DNA from: Microcoleaceae cyanobacterium
GTDB lineage: Bacteria > Cyanobacteriota > Cyanobacteriia > Cyanobacteriales > Microcoleaceae
Reading direction: 5' to 3'
Length of the DNA stretch: 64,000 nucleotides
NCBI GenBank assembly: GCA_049647265.1
Contig: JBARXJ010000015.1
Location: 1-64,000, forward strand
In this document: in pieces, positions 10,305 through 18,855 of the stretch
Position numbering within the stretch: the first letter of the stretch is position 1
Layout of the letters: the number at the start of each line of letters is the position of its first letter
Notes under the pieces: model-generated
Database searches by the model: none
Told to the model about the DNA's origin: nothing
Seen by the model: only the letters and a program-made list of their open reading frames with translations
Made by a program: the position numbers and the translations under genes

Positions 10305-10616
10305 GGAAAGTTATATTAATCACAGAGAGAAAACTATATGAAAGCTGAAGAATTTGATAAAAAGTTTGATGATAATAAAATATTAACGTTAGGTGCGATA
10401 AATTGGAAACTGACCTCTCCCTAGCCCTCTCCTACCCACCCCTAGCCCCTCCCAGGAGGGGAGAGGGAAATTGTGTCCCTAAGGGACTATTTATTAATTG
10501 AGAAGGGCAAGAAAATCCTTAATTTTCCATTAACCTGTCAAGGTGTTTCTCTGGTTCCCCTCCTTGTAGGAGGGGTTAGGGGAGGTTAACAGAGGTTTGA
10601 TTATTTTCACGTATCA

Positions 10617-11786
10617 TTAATTCTCCTCAACCGCTGACTGTTTTGCCCAAAGCGTTAAGATTTTAGTCAGAAACTCTACCCGACATTCATCTGAGGTACA
10701 AAACTCAATAGCATGATGGGCTTTTCTCCAATTACCTAATTCAGCTTGAGTCTCAGCAATAGCTGTTAATGCCCTGGCTTTTTCACGTGGATGATCAATT
10801 GTCTCAACAACTGATAAAGCTTCAGATAGCAGTTGACTTGCCTTGGTGTTGTCCTCGAGTTGATCAATAGCTTCAGCAATAGCCCTTAACACCGAGACTT
10901 TATCATATAATTTATGAATTATCATAGCAACAGATATTGCTTCAGACAGCAATTTCTCAGCCTTGGTGTTGTCTCCCAGTTGGATATAAGCTTCAGCAAT
11001 AGCCGTTAAGGCGTCAGCATAAGATGAAGTATAAATTGTATCAGCAATGGTTAAAGCTTCAGACAGCAATTTCTCAGCCTTGGTGTTGTCTCCCAGTTGG
11101 ATATAAGCTTCAGCAATACCGCTTAACGCCAAGACTTTGTATAAACCATCAGTTGTTTCAGCAATGGTTAAAGCTTCAGACAGCAGTTTATCTGCCTCAG
11201 TTTTGTCCTCTAGTTGGACAATCGTTTCAGCAATATAATCTAGCATCCCGACTTGACCAAGAAGTCTCAACTCAAAGACTTTCTCAGATGTATCAGGTCT
11301 CTCAGCAATGGTTAAAGCTTCAGATAGCAATTTCCCAGCCTCGGTGTTGTCTCCCTGTTGAACATATGCTTCAGCAATATCTGTTAACGTCGAGGCTTTG
11401 GTAGATGAATTATCAATCGTCTCAACAACTGCCAAAACTTCTGACAGCAGTTTCCTAGATTCTGTGTTGTCCTCCAGTCGAATATAGGCTTCAGCAATCG
11501 CCCTTAACACCGAGGCTTTATCATATGAACCTCGAATATCCTGTTGATCAATTTTCAATGCTTTGTCAACTTGCCCATCCTTTGCTAAAGCAATTGCTAT
11601 GTCTGCTGCACAATATCGTTGATTTTTACGAATACATGGAACTTTTCGACTCAACTGCACCAACTCTCGTCGGGTTTGCCAGATAATTCTCTGTGGACTA
11701 AACCACCATAATCCCCCTATTAATATGGGTAACGATACTGCCAATACTATTGGTAATTTGCTATAAATACTACTCCGTAAACGCAT
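10617..11786 (-). CDS. TPR-like/HEAT-like repeat protein with N-terminal TM anchor (approximately 39-aa repeats ...KASTLTDIAEAYIQLGDNTKAEKLLSEALTIAE...)
   Basis: At least six tandem 38-39-aa repeats. Perfect 63-bp DNA repeats inside the gene. Confidence 0.6.
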   Translation of the reverse strand: MRLRSSIYSKLPIVLAVSLPILIGGLWWFSPQRIIWQTRRELVQLSRKVPCIRKNQRYCAADIAIALAKDGQVDKALKIDQQDIRGSYDKASVLRAIAEAYIRLEDNTESRKLLSEVLAVVETIDNSSTKASTLTDIAEAYVQQGDNTEAGKLLSEALTIAERPDTSEKVFELRLLGQVGMLDYIAETIVQLEDKTEADKLLSEALTIAETTDGLYKVLALSGIAEAYIQLGDNTKAEKLLSEALTIADTIYTSSYADALTAIAEAYIQLGDNTKAEKLLSEAISVAMIIHKLYDKVSVLRAIAEAIDQLEDNTKASQLLSEALSVVETIDHPREKARALTAIAETQAELGNWRKAHHAIEFCTSDECRVEFLTKILTLWAKQSAVEEN

Positions 11787-11991
11787 AAATTACCCCCTGT
11801 AAAGACTCTGAATCTTTACATCAGTTCTGTCTGCCTCTATTCCTGAAAAAAGATTACTGAATTAACCAAATTGATCGCGATTTACGAAAGATTATTCAAT
11901 ATACGTACCCAGAGTTAAAGGTTTGGGGACAAAATCATAAATGCTAAAAATCCATTAAAATAGAGACTCAATCACCTTCGAGGAATAGCCT

Positions 11992-13368
11992 GTGACCCCC
12001 TCAATAGCCGACCAACTCCTAAACACTATCTCAACTTATCGCAACAACGTTGATTATCTCGAACTGCGTTTACAACAAAGCGAAGCCAGTACTATTTCTT
12101 TTCGTGGCCCCCAACTGGACGCGGTTAACCGTAGTTTTTCCCTAGCTGGGGGTATTCGGGCCTGTCACAAGGGGGGATGGAGTTTTGTTACCTTCAATGG
12201 TTTAGAAGAACTCAACAGTCGCATTGAAGAAGCCATTTCTCAAGCCCATTTAGTCGGCAGTGACACTACACAACTCGCAGAAATTAAACCGATTACCGAT
12301 GATGTAAAAGTTGAATTAGGACGCGATCCACGCGGTATTTCTTTACAGGAAAAACGGGATTTAGTCGAAGCTTACAATCAAATATTATTGGATTTTGACC
12401 CTCGGATTCAAACCACTTCTGTGAGTTATAGCGATCGCTTTAAAACCACCTATTTTGTCAATTCTCTCGGCAGTTGTATTACCCAAGAACGGTTAGATTT
12501 AAATGGAAGATTTGGGGCGATCGCGCGGGCGGATGGTACAGTTCGTCAAGGGTTCGAGTCGGTTGCTTCCCGCAATGATTATAACGATTTGGTCGGGATT
12601 GAAAATCGGGTTAAAGGAGCAGCAGAACGGGCTGTCCGGCAGTTAGAAGCCCAATCTGTTAAAGGGGGAGAATATACGGTTATTTTAGATCCGTATTTGG
12701 CGGGGGTGTTTATTCATGAAGCATTTGGTCATCTTTCAGAAGCCGATTTTGTTTATGAAAATCCTCGGATGCAGGAATTATTACAACTCGGAAAACCGAT
12801 GGCAATTGAACAGTTAAATGTGATTGATGATGCCACTCTCGAAGGTTTACCCGGTTCAATAAAATATGATGATGAAGGTGTACCCGCTCAACGCAAATAT
12901 CTGATTAAAGACGGAGTCCTGACTCAGCGCCTCCACAACCGCGAAACCGCAGGCAAAATGAAAGAAACCCCTACAGGCAATGCACGGGCGTTAGGAGCCA
13001 CATATCCGCCGATTATTCGCATGACCAATACAGCCATTGAAGCAGGCGATCGCACCTTTGAAGAAATGATCGCCGATGTGGAAGAAGGGGTTTATGCGGT
13101 GCGGATGTTAGGAGGCCAGACGAATGGCGAAATGTTTACTTTTGCTGCCGCTGAAGGCTATATGATCCGTAATGGTAAAATCGCTGAAGCGGTGAGTGAT
13201 GTGACGTTAAGCGGTAATGTCTTCCAAACCCTCAAGGATATTGATGCGGTGGGTAGTGACTTACTTTACACCGGGGGCGGTTGCGGAAAAGGGGGTCAAA
13301 TGCCGTTACCGGTGAGTGTTGGGGGGCCTCATGTCCGGATTCAAAATGTGGTTATTGGAGGCCGTTAG
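11992..13368 (+). CDS. tldD: TldD/PmbA-family metallopeptidase (TldD-like, HEXXXH)
   Basis: HEAFGH motif, glycine-rich C-terminal TGGGCGKGGQ, 458 aa. Confidence 0.8.
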   Translation: MTPSIADQLLNTISTYRNNVDYLELRLQQSEASTISFRGPQLDAVNRSFSLAGGIRACHKGGWSFVTFNGLEELNSRIEEAISQAHLVGSDTTQLAEIKPITDDVKVELGRDPRGISLQEKRDLVEAYNQILLDFDPRIQTTSVSYSDRFKTTYFVNSLGSCITQERLDLNGRFGAIARADGTVRQGFESVASRNDYNDLVGIENRVKGAAERAVRQLEAQSVKGGEYTVILDPYLAGVFIHEAFGHLSEADFVYENPRMQELLQLGKPMAIEQLNVIDDATLEGLPGSIKYDDEGVPAQRKYLIKDGVLTQRLHNRETAGKMKETPTGNARALGATYPPIIRMTNTAIEAGDRTFEEMIADVEEGVYAVRMLGGQTNGEMFTFAAAEGYMIRNGKIAEAVSDVTLSGNVFQTLKDIDAVGSDLLYTGGGCGKGGQMPLPVSVGGPHVRIQNVVIGGR

Positions 13369-14720
13369 TCGCAGGTGAACTACTCATCGCAGTCGCGCGA
13401 GAGCTTCCTATCCAGAAACTTGCGAGATAGTAGATTTCTTGCGTCCTCTGCTATCTCGTCTTACAGTTTGGCAATAGGCGGCATCCCCGGTTCCCGAGGT
13501 CGATAATATACGCAGGCCTTCCTCTCTGATATTGATTGCGGCGTTAATATCTCTGTCGTGCTTAGTACCACAATTAGAACATTTCCATTGCCTTATATCA
13601 AGTGGAAGGCTTTTGACTTGATTGAGACAAACATGACAGGTTTTGGAGCTTGGAAAGAATCTATCAACTTCAAGATAAACTTTCCCATCCCACTCAGCCT
13701 TGTATTTCAACATGGTGCACAATTGTCCCCACCCAACTTGGCTAATCGCTTTAGCAAGACAGTGATTCTTTACCATACCTTTAATATTAAGATTTTCTAC
13801 ACAGATTACTTGGTTTTCGTTGACTATCCTGCGTGATAGTTTGTGCAAAAAATCTTCTCGGCAACGAGTGATTTTATTGTGTACTCCTGCTACCTGCTTC
13901 CGAGTTTTATTGCGGTTATTAGACCCTTTTAGTCTTCTAGATAAACGCTTTTGTTTCTGTTTTAGGTGACGTTCATGTTTGTTTATCCATTTAGGATTAT
14001 CAAACTTAGAACCGTCAGAAGTAATAGCAAAATAGGTCAGACCTAAATCTATGCCAACAGCCTTACCCTGACTTGACTTTCTAGGGCAATCTTGAGCCGT
14101 TTCAATCAAGACAGAAGCAAAGTACTGTCCTTTACAGTTCATTGACACTGTAACGGTCTTAACTTTACCTTCAACAAGTCGATGAATTTTGGCATCAACT
14201 ACGCCCATCTTGGGAAACTTGATGCCATTTTTCAGTACAGAAACGTTTTGAGGATATTGAATAGATTGTTTATGGTGTTTAGACTTGAACTGAGGAAAAG
14301 ATGCTCTTTTTTCAAAGAAGTTGATAAATGCTCTAGAAAGGTTGAGGGCTACTACTTGTAAGCATTGAGAGTAAGGCTCTTTCATCCATTCATGCAACCG
14401 CTTAAGCTGGGTTATTTCTTTTTGAATTGCGAATCGACTTAATCCCTTGCCTGTAGCTTTATAAGTTTCGTTAGTAAGGTTTAGAGCGTAATTCCAAGCA
14501 AATCTACAGCAACCAAAGCTTTGAGCTAAGTGTTGCCGTTGTTCCTTTGTGGGATAGATTCGGTACTTAGTCGCTTTTAGCATTACCATAAAAACTTTAC
14601 ATGATAATATTATAACACAAATAAATCGATTCGCTTACATCCCTTCACGGGACGAGAGGGATTTCTCGCTCACTTCAGTTAAAAGCTTGTTCATAGTAAC
14701 GCGCGATCGCACAGGTTGCG
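13369..14720 (-). mobile_element. Solo-tnpB IS200/IS605-type element (IS1341-like). The boundaries are approximate.
   Basis: The tnpB stop lies 39 bp after the tldD stop. Hairpin-rich right-end / putative omega-RNA region. No tnpA. No HIP1 sites inside. Confidence 0.45.
13408..14589 (-). CDS. tnpB: TnpB (IS200/IS605 OrfB) RNA-guided endonuclease-like transposon protein
   Basis: N-terminal MLKATKYRIYPTKEQ, RuvC-like motifs, C-terminal zinc finger CHVCLN..CSNCGTKHDRDINAAINI. Confidence 0.88.
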   Translation of the reverse strand: MVMLKATKYRIYPTKEQRQHLAQSFGCCRFAWNYALNLTNETYKATGKGLSRFAIQKEITQLKRLHEWMKEPYSQCLQVVALNLSRAFINFFEKRASFPQFKSKHHKQSIQYPQNVSVLKNGIKFPKMGVVDAKIHRLVEGKVKTVTVSMNCKGQYFASVLIETAQDCPRKSSQGKAVGIDLGLTYFAITSDGSKFDNPKWINKHERHLKQKQKRLSRRLKGSNNRNKTRKQVAGVHNKITRCREDFLHKLSRRIVNENQVICVENLNIKGMVKNHCLAKAISQVGWGQLCTMLKYKAEWDGKVYLEVDRFFPSSKTCHVCLNQVKSLPLDIRQWKCSNCGTKHDRDINAAINIREEGLRILSTSGTGDAAYCQTVRRDSRGRKKSTISQVSG

Positions 14721-14802
14721 CCAACTTCCCATCTCACCCCCGCACAGTTCTCACCTACGAGATTGAGGCGGGGGGCATATTTTAATTTAAATATCCTGCC
14801 GT

Positions 14803-15627
14803 CTACAAAATCTTTTCGAGTCCATAAATTAAGCTTTTCAACTCTAATACTTTACGAACCGATAACAATACACCGGGCATAAAACTAGAGCGATCTGTTG
14901 TATCGTGACGTAAGGTATAAAGCTGACCAGCCGAACCAAATAAGACTTCTTGATGGGCAATTAAACCGGGTAAACGCACACTATGAATCCGAATTTGTTC
15001 ATCTGCGTTTGCGCCTCTTGCCCCTGCAATATTCTCTGTTTCTTCAACACTGGCCGGATTATAAGTTTTTCCCATTTCCGCTAACATCTGAGCCGTTTTA
15101 ATCGCGGTTCCGCTGGGGGCATCTGCTTTTTGGTTATGATGTAATTCGATAATTTCAACGTGATCGAAATATTTGGAAGCGGTAACGGCGGCTTGTTGTA
15201 ACAAGATGATTCCAATGGAAAAATTAGGAATAATCAAACATCCAATACTGGCTTTTTCTGAAAACTCTGCTAAGTCTTGAATTTGTTCTGCACTTAACCC
15301 CGTTGTCCCCACTACAGGACGGACTCCGTAGGCGATCGCCGCTCGAATACTATCATAAATTGAATCAGGATGGGTAAAGTCTACCATCACAGGAAGCTGT
15401 TTTTCAGCCGCCGCCATCACTAACGTCCCTTCTCGATCTGAAGTAATGGGTACTTCTAACGGTTCAATCCCGGCTAATTCCCCCGCATCGATATCTATAC
15501 AGTTCGGATTGTTATCAATTGCCCCAATTAGGGTCATATCCGGGGCGGTGGCGATCGCTTTGACCACTTCACGCCCCATTTTACCCCCTGCGCCGTTGAC
15601 AATGACGGGTATCGGCTGATTTGCCAT
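14803..15627 (-). CDS. dapB: 4-hydroxy-tetrahydrodipicolinate reductase
   Basis: N-terminal Rossmann [14 protein letters not shown]. DapB length and C-terminal domain. Confidence 0.9.
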   Translation of the reverse strand: MANQPIPVIVNGAGGKMGREVVKAIATAPDMTLIGAIDNNPNCIDIDAGELAGIEPLEVPITSDREGTLVMAAAEKQLPVMVDFTHPDSIYDSIRAAIAYGVRPVVGTTGLSAEQIQDLAEFSEKASIGCLIIPNFSIGIILLQQAAVTASKYFDHVEIIELHHNQKADAPSGTAIKTAQMLAEMGKTYNPASVEETENIAGARGANADEQIRIHSVRLPGLIAHQEVLFGSAGQLYTLRHDTTDRSSFMPGVLLSVRKVLELKSLIYGLEKIL

Positions 15628-15927
15628 GACTCAATTCTGCGCTCCGTTATGAATGCTTCAATGTATTACCATAACCTGTGGTGGTATTTTACAGCTAATC
15701 TGTTGCTGGCTTGCTACAAGTGAATCATCCTTTGCTGCATAATTTAAGAATTATTCAATAAATCCGCAGCCAATAAATCCTGAAAAGGGAGTATTTGCGC
15801 GGTACAGTATAAAGCAATTCATGCTACGCTATTGAGACTAGAATGCTGCGTTAGTCAGGATATAGCATAACCTGACTCCTCAGTGCCTGATTCAATCCCT
15901 CCAATTGATCTCTAGAACCATTTTTCA

Positions 15928-16566
15928 GTGATTAAGATGAAACAACCATTGCAGGTTGCCCGGTGCTTGATGCAATCTAAAAAAATTTTGTTATTAGCTG
16001 GGCTAATTGGTGTGAGTATTGCTTCACTCGGCGGCGCACAACGATTAGTTCGCGCTTATGAACCTCAGGAAACATCTGTTGCATCTGCCTTAGATTGGTC
16101 GGGTGCTTCATTTCCGGTAGAAGACTTTCAAGAATACACTTCCCCGTTTGGTTACCGTTCCAGCGGCTTTCATTATGGCCTAGATCTGGCTGCACCCCAG
16201 GGGAGTTACATTCGTAACTGGTGGGCTGGTAAAGTCGTTGAAGTTTGGGAAGATGGTCGGTGTGGCACCGGTATTGCCATCGATTCTGGCCGCTGGACTC
16301 ATATTTACTGTCATGTTCAGGGGCGGGTTTCCAAAGATAGTCACGGCGCATATTTTGTTGATCGTCAGGGCGGTTTAGTGCTGCGAGAGGGTCAAATGAT
16401 TGAAGCGGGGACCCGAATTGCTCGAGTCGGGATGACAGGACGAACCACAGGCCCTCATCTTCACTGGGGGCTTAAATATGATGGTCGTTGGGTCGATCCA
16501 GGTCGGGTATTAATTGCAATGTACAATCAACAAAATCAACGATATTCACAACGATCTACGCGATAA
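15928..16566 (+). CDS. M23-family peptidoglycan DD-metalloendopeptidase (signal peptide / N-terminal TM)
   Basis: HYGLD and GPHLHW motifs of M23/LytM. Confidence 0.8.
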   Translation: MIKMKQPLQVARCLMQSKKILLLAGLIGVSIASLGGAQRLVRAYEPQETSVASALDWSGASFPVEDFQEYTSPFGYRSSGFHYGLDLAAPQGSYIRNWWAGKVVEVWEDGRCGTGIAIDSGRWTHIYCHVQGRVSKDSHGAYFVDRQGGLVLREGQMIEAGTRIARVGMTGRTTGPHLHWGLKYDGRWVDPGRVLIAMYNQQNQRYSQRSTR

Positions 16567-16595
16567 GAAAAGTCGATATTTTTATATTTGATTAT

Positions 16596-16622
16596 GCAGG
16601 ATGGATGCATCCTGTTTTTTTA
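16596..16622 (+). terminator. Rho-independent terminator downstream of the M23 peptidase gene
   Basis: CAGGATG-GATG-CATCCTG hairpin followed by TTTTTTT. Confidence 0.55.
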
Positions 16623-16740
16623 GTCATTCGTTCTTTGTTGTTGGTTGTTTGCAAGTCGGGTCTAGTTGAGAGACGAATGACGACTCACCAATGACGGCGC
16701 GTAGCGCTATAATTTTTTTATTCAACTTGTTGTTGGAACC

Positions 16741-17838
16741 ATGAAACCACTCCAACCCGTAATTGATGCATTAGAAAATAAAGATTTCCGCACAGCGGCT
16801 AAATTGCTGAAGCAGCTACAAAAGCAGTCTCCTGATGATCCATGGGTACAGTTTTATATTGGGCGTTGGTATGAAGCCACGGAGAAGTTTTCATCGGCTG
16901 AAAAAGTCTATCGTAAATTGTTACAACAAGCGACAAATCCTAAAATTACCACATCTGCACGGCAAGGTTTACAACGGATTGAAACTATCGAACAAAATCA
17001 ACGACTTGCTGCAATTGACCAAGCGAAAATAGAGACACAAAATAATGAACCGGGGCTGTTAATTTTAGAACCTATTCCTCCAGAAAAGAAAGCAGAAGCG
17101 GCGCAAAAAGTAGCCAGAATGTTGAAGATGGATGCTTATACTACCCGTATGCAATTACAAAGTCGAGGATGGCGACTGTATCGTACAGGAGAGATAGCAG
17201 AATTACAGGTTTATGGTGAAGAAATGCGTTCCTATGGAATTCCTGTATTTTGGGTTACTCTGAATCAAGTTCAAAAGATTAATGTATTTCGAGTCCAATA
17301 TTTCAAATCTTTAACCCCTCAACCGACTGTTGTCTGTCAAAATTATCAAGATCAACTGGGTGAAATTACGTTTGATTGGTCAGAAGTTTCTCAACGAATT
17401 GATGGATTATTACCTATATTTAGTGAAGCGTTAGATTATGATCCCCGTCGTTCTCGCACTGAACGTTTTCGCCATAAACAAATGACTCAAGATCACGCTA
17501 ATATTTGTGATTTACATCTACCTCAGCGAGGTTCTATTCTACGATTTTACGATCAAGTGTATGACTTTCAGCAAGGAATTGATTTTAATTTTGCAGCCGA
17601 AACAACAACCACAACTCGGATGAATTGGAGTCATTTAATTGATGTATTTAACCGGAATTTAAAAGGCGTTAAAATCTGGTCAGAATTTACAGCCTTTGCT
17701 GAAACGACTTTAGATTATACTCAGCTTTTAGGTCATCTTCCAACTTATGTTAATGTTTCAAATCAAGAAGCGACGCTTTGGGAGTCGGCTTTTCAGCTTT
17801 ATAGTGCGTTAGTCTTTCTGAAAACTGAGGAAAAATAA
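16741..17838 (+). CDS. Conserved hypothetical protein (365 aa, TPR-like N-terminus)
   Basis: ORF with good coding character. No recognisable catalytic motif. Confidence 0.45.
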   Translation: MKPLQPVIDALENKDFRTAAKLLKQLQKQSPDDPWVQFYIGRWYEATEKFSSAEKVYRKLLQQATNPKITTSARQGLQRIETIEQNQRLAAIDQAKIETQNNEPGLLILEPIPPEKKAEAAQKVARMLKMDAYTTRMQLQSRGWRLYRTGEIAELQVYGEEMRSYGIPVFWVTLNQVQKINVFRVQYFKSLTPQPTVVCQNYQDQLGEITFDWSEVSQRIDGLLPIFSEALDYDPRRSRTERFRHKQMTQDHANICDLHLPQRGSILRFYDQVYDFQQGIDFNFAAETTTTTRMNWSHLIDVFNRNLKGVKIWSEFTAFAETTLDYTQLLGHLPTYVNVSNQEATLWESAFQLYSALVFLKTEEK

Positions 17839-17899
17839 GAAATTCTCCCCTTCATAAAAGAGGAGAAAAACAGAATTAAATTAAATTAATTAAACTCAA

Positions 17900-18433
17900 T
17901 TAACGACGACCCACGTCACGCGCCATATCTTTAAACATTTTCAAACTTGGCCCCGGACGACGACGACTGCCGTTAGATTTGGGCAGTAAATAATCTGTCG
18001 AAAATGTCATTCCTTCCGGCGTTTTTTGAATAGAATTTAGCGGAGGAAGTTCTTTTTGAGGTGCAGGCTTTTCAATTGTAGACTCTGTTAAATCCGGCTC
18101 AGGAGGATTGGTTTTTGGTTGATCTGATTTTTTTGTTTTAGCTTTCGCCGCATTAGCTTCTTTCTTGGCGATATTAGTTTCGTCTACATTTTTTGCTTCT
18201 CTTCCTGATGTTTCCGTAACTTTATCCGCCGCATCAAGTACTTTTCCTGTCGCTTTAGCTGCTTTGTCTGGTGCTTCGTCTGCTACTTTCTTCGCAGTTT
18301 CTGTCACTTTTTCTGCAACGTCACTGACGGTTTCTGTTATTTTTTCAACAACTTTATTGTCTTTTATATCATCAAATTCTAAAAAATATTCAGACTTTTT
18401 AGACCCAAAAATCTTATTTATAATATTCGCCAT
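17900..18433 (-). CDS. Hypothetical Lys/Ala/Glu-rich protein with repeated KVTET motifs and a basic C-terminus
   Basis: ORF only. Internal repeats AEKVTETAKKVAD / DKVTETSG. Low complexity. Confidence 0.35.
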   Translation of the reverse strand: MANIINKIFGSKKSEYFLEFDDIKDNKVVEKITETVSDVAEKVTETAKKVADEAPDKAAKATGKVLDAADKVTETSGREAKNVDETNIAKKEANAAKAKTKKSDQPKTNPPEPDLTESTIEKPAPQKELPPLNSIQKTPEGMTFSTDYLLPKSNGSRRRPGPSLKMFKDMARDVGRR

Positions 18434-18855
18434 AACTATAAACTCCGTTGATTTTTATTTAAAATTGTGCAGCTTTTGTTTCACCTTATTCTATTAAAAT
18501 TAGAAGCAGGAGCAAAATTTGTCTACATTTTTTAACAAAAATTAACATAAAATAAGAGTAATTGGGCGAAATTAATCACTTTTCTCTATCAAACTGAATA
18601 GGTCTTTGCACTTATTTACAAAACTCTCAGAATCGTCTAAGCCTTTGATTGTTATATTCAGAAATTGGCTAAAAGCCTGATTTTAGCGTCTATCCAAGCA
18701 GCCTACTTGAAGGGGTTGAGGCTGAGGTTCACCAGAGACACCCGTTCATAATTCCTGTAACCATAGGTTAACCCAAAAACTACAATAGGAGTTAGACGAT
18801 TTTCGGATCGATTTTCCTTTATCCTATAACTCTGAGTATTGATACGTTAACCATT

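Noticed and set aside
11024-11404. 126-aa plus-strand ORF with repeated QQWLKLQTAISQP
   Set aside because: It is antisense to the TPR-like repeat gene. Its repeats are simply the reverse-complement reading of the 117-bp DNA repeats, so it is a repeat artefact.
13408-14589. Possibility that the TnpB-like proteins are Cas12-type effectors
   Set aside because: None of the three copies has an adjacent CRISPR array, a cas1/cas2 gene or repeat-spacer structure. Their size (390-420 aa) and C-terminal zinc finger fit transposon-encoded TnpB.
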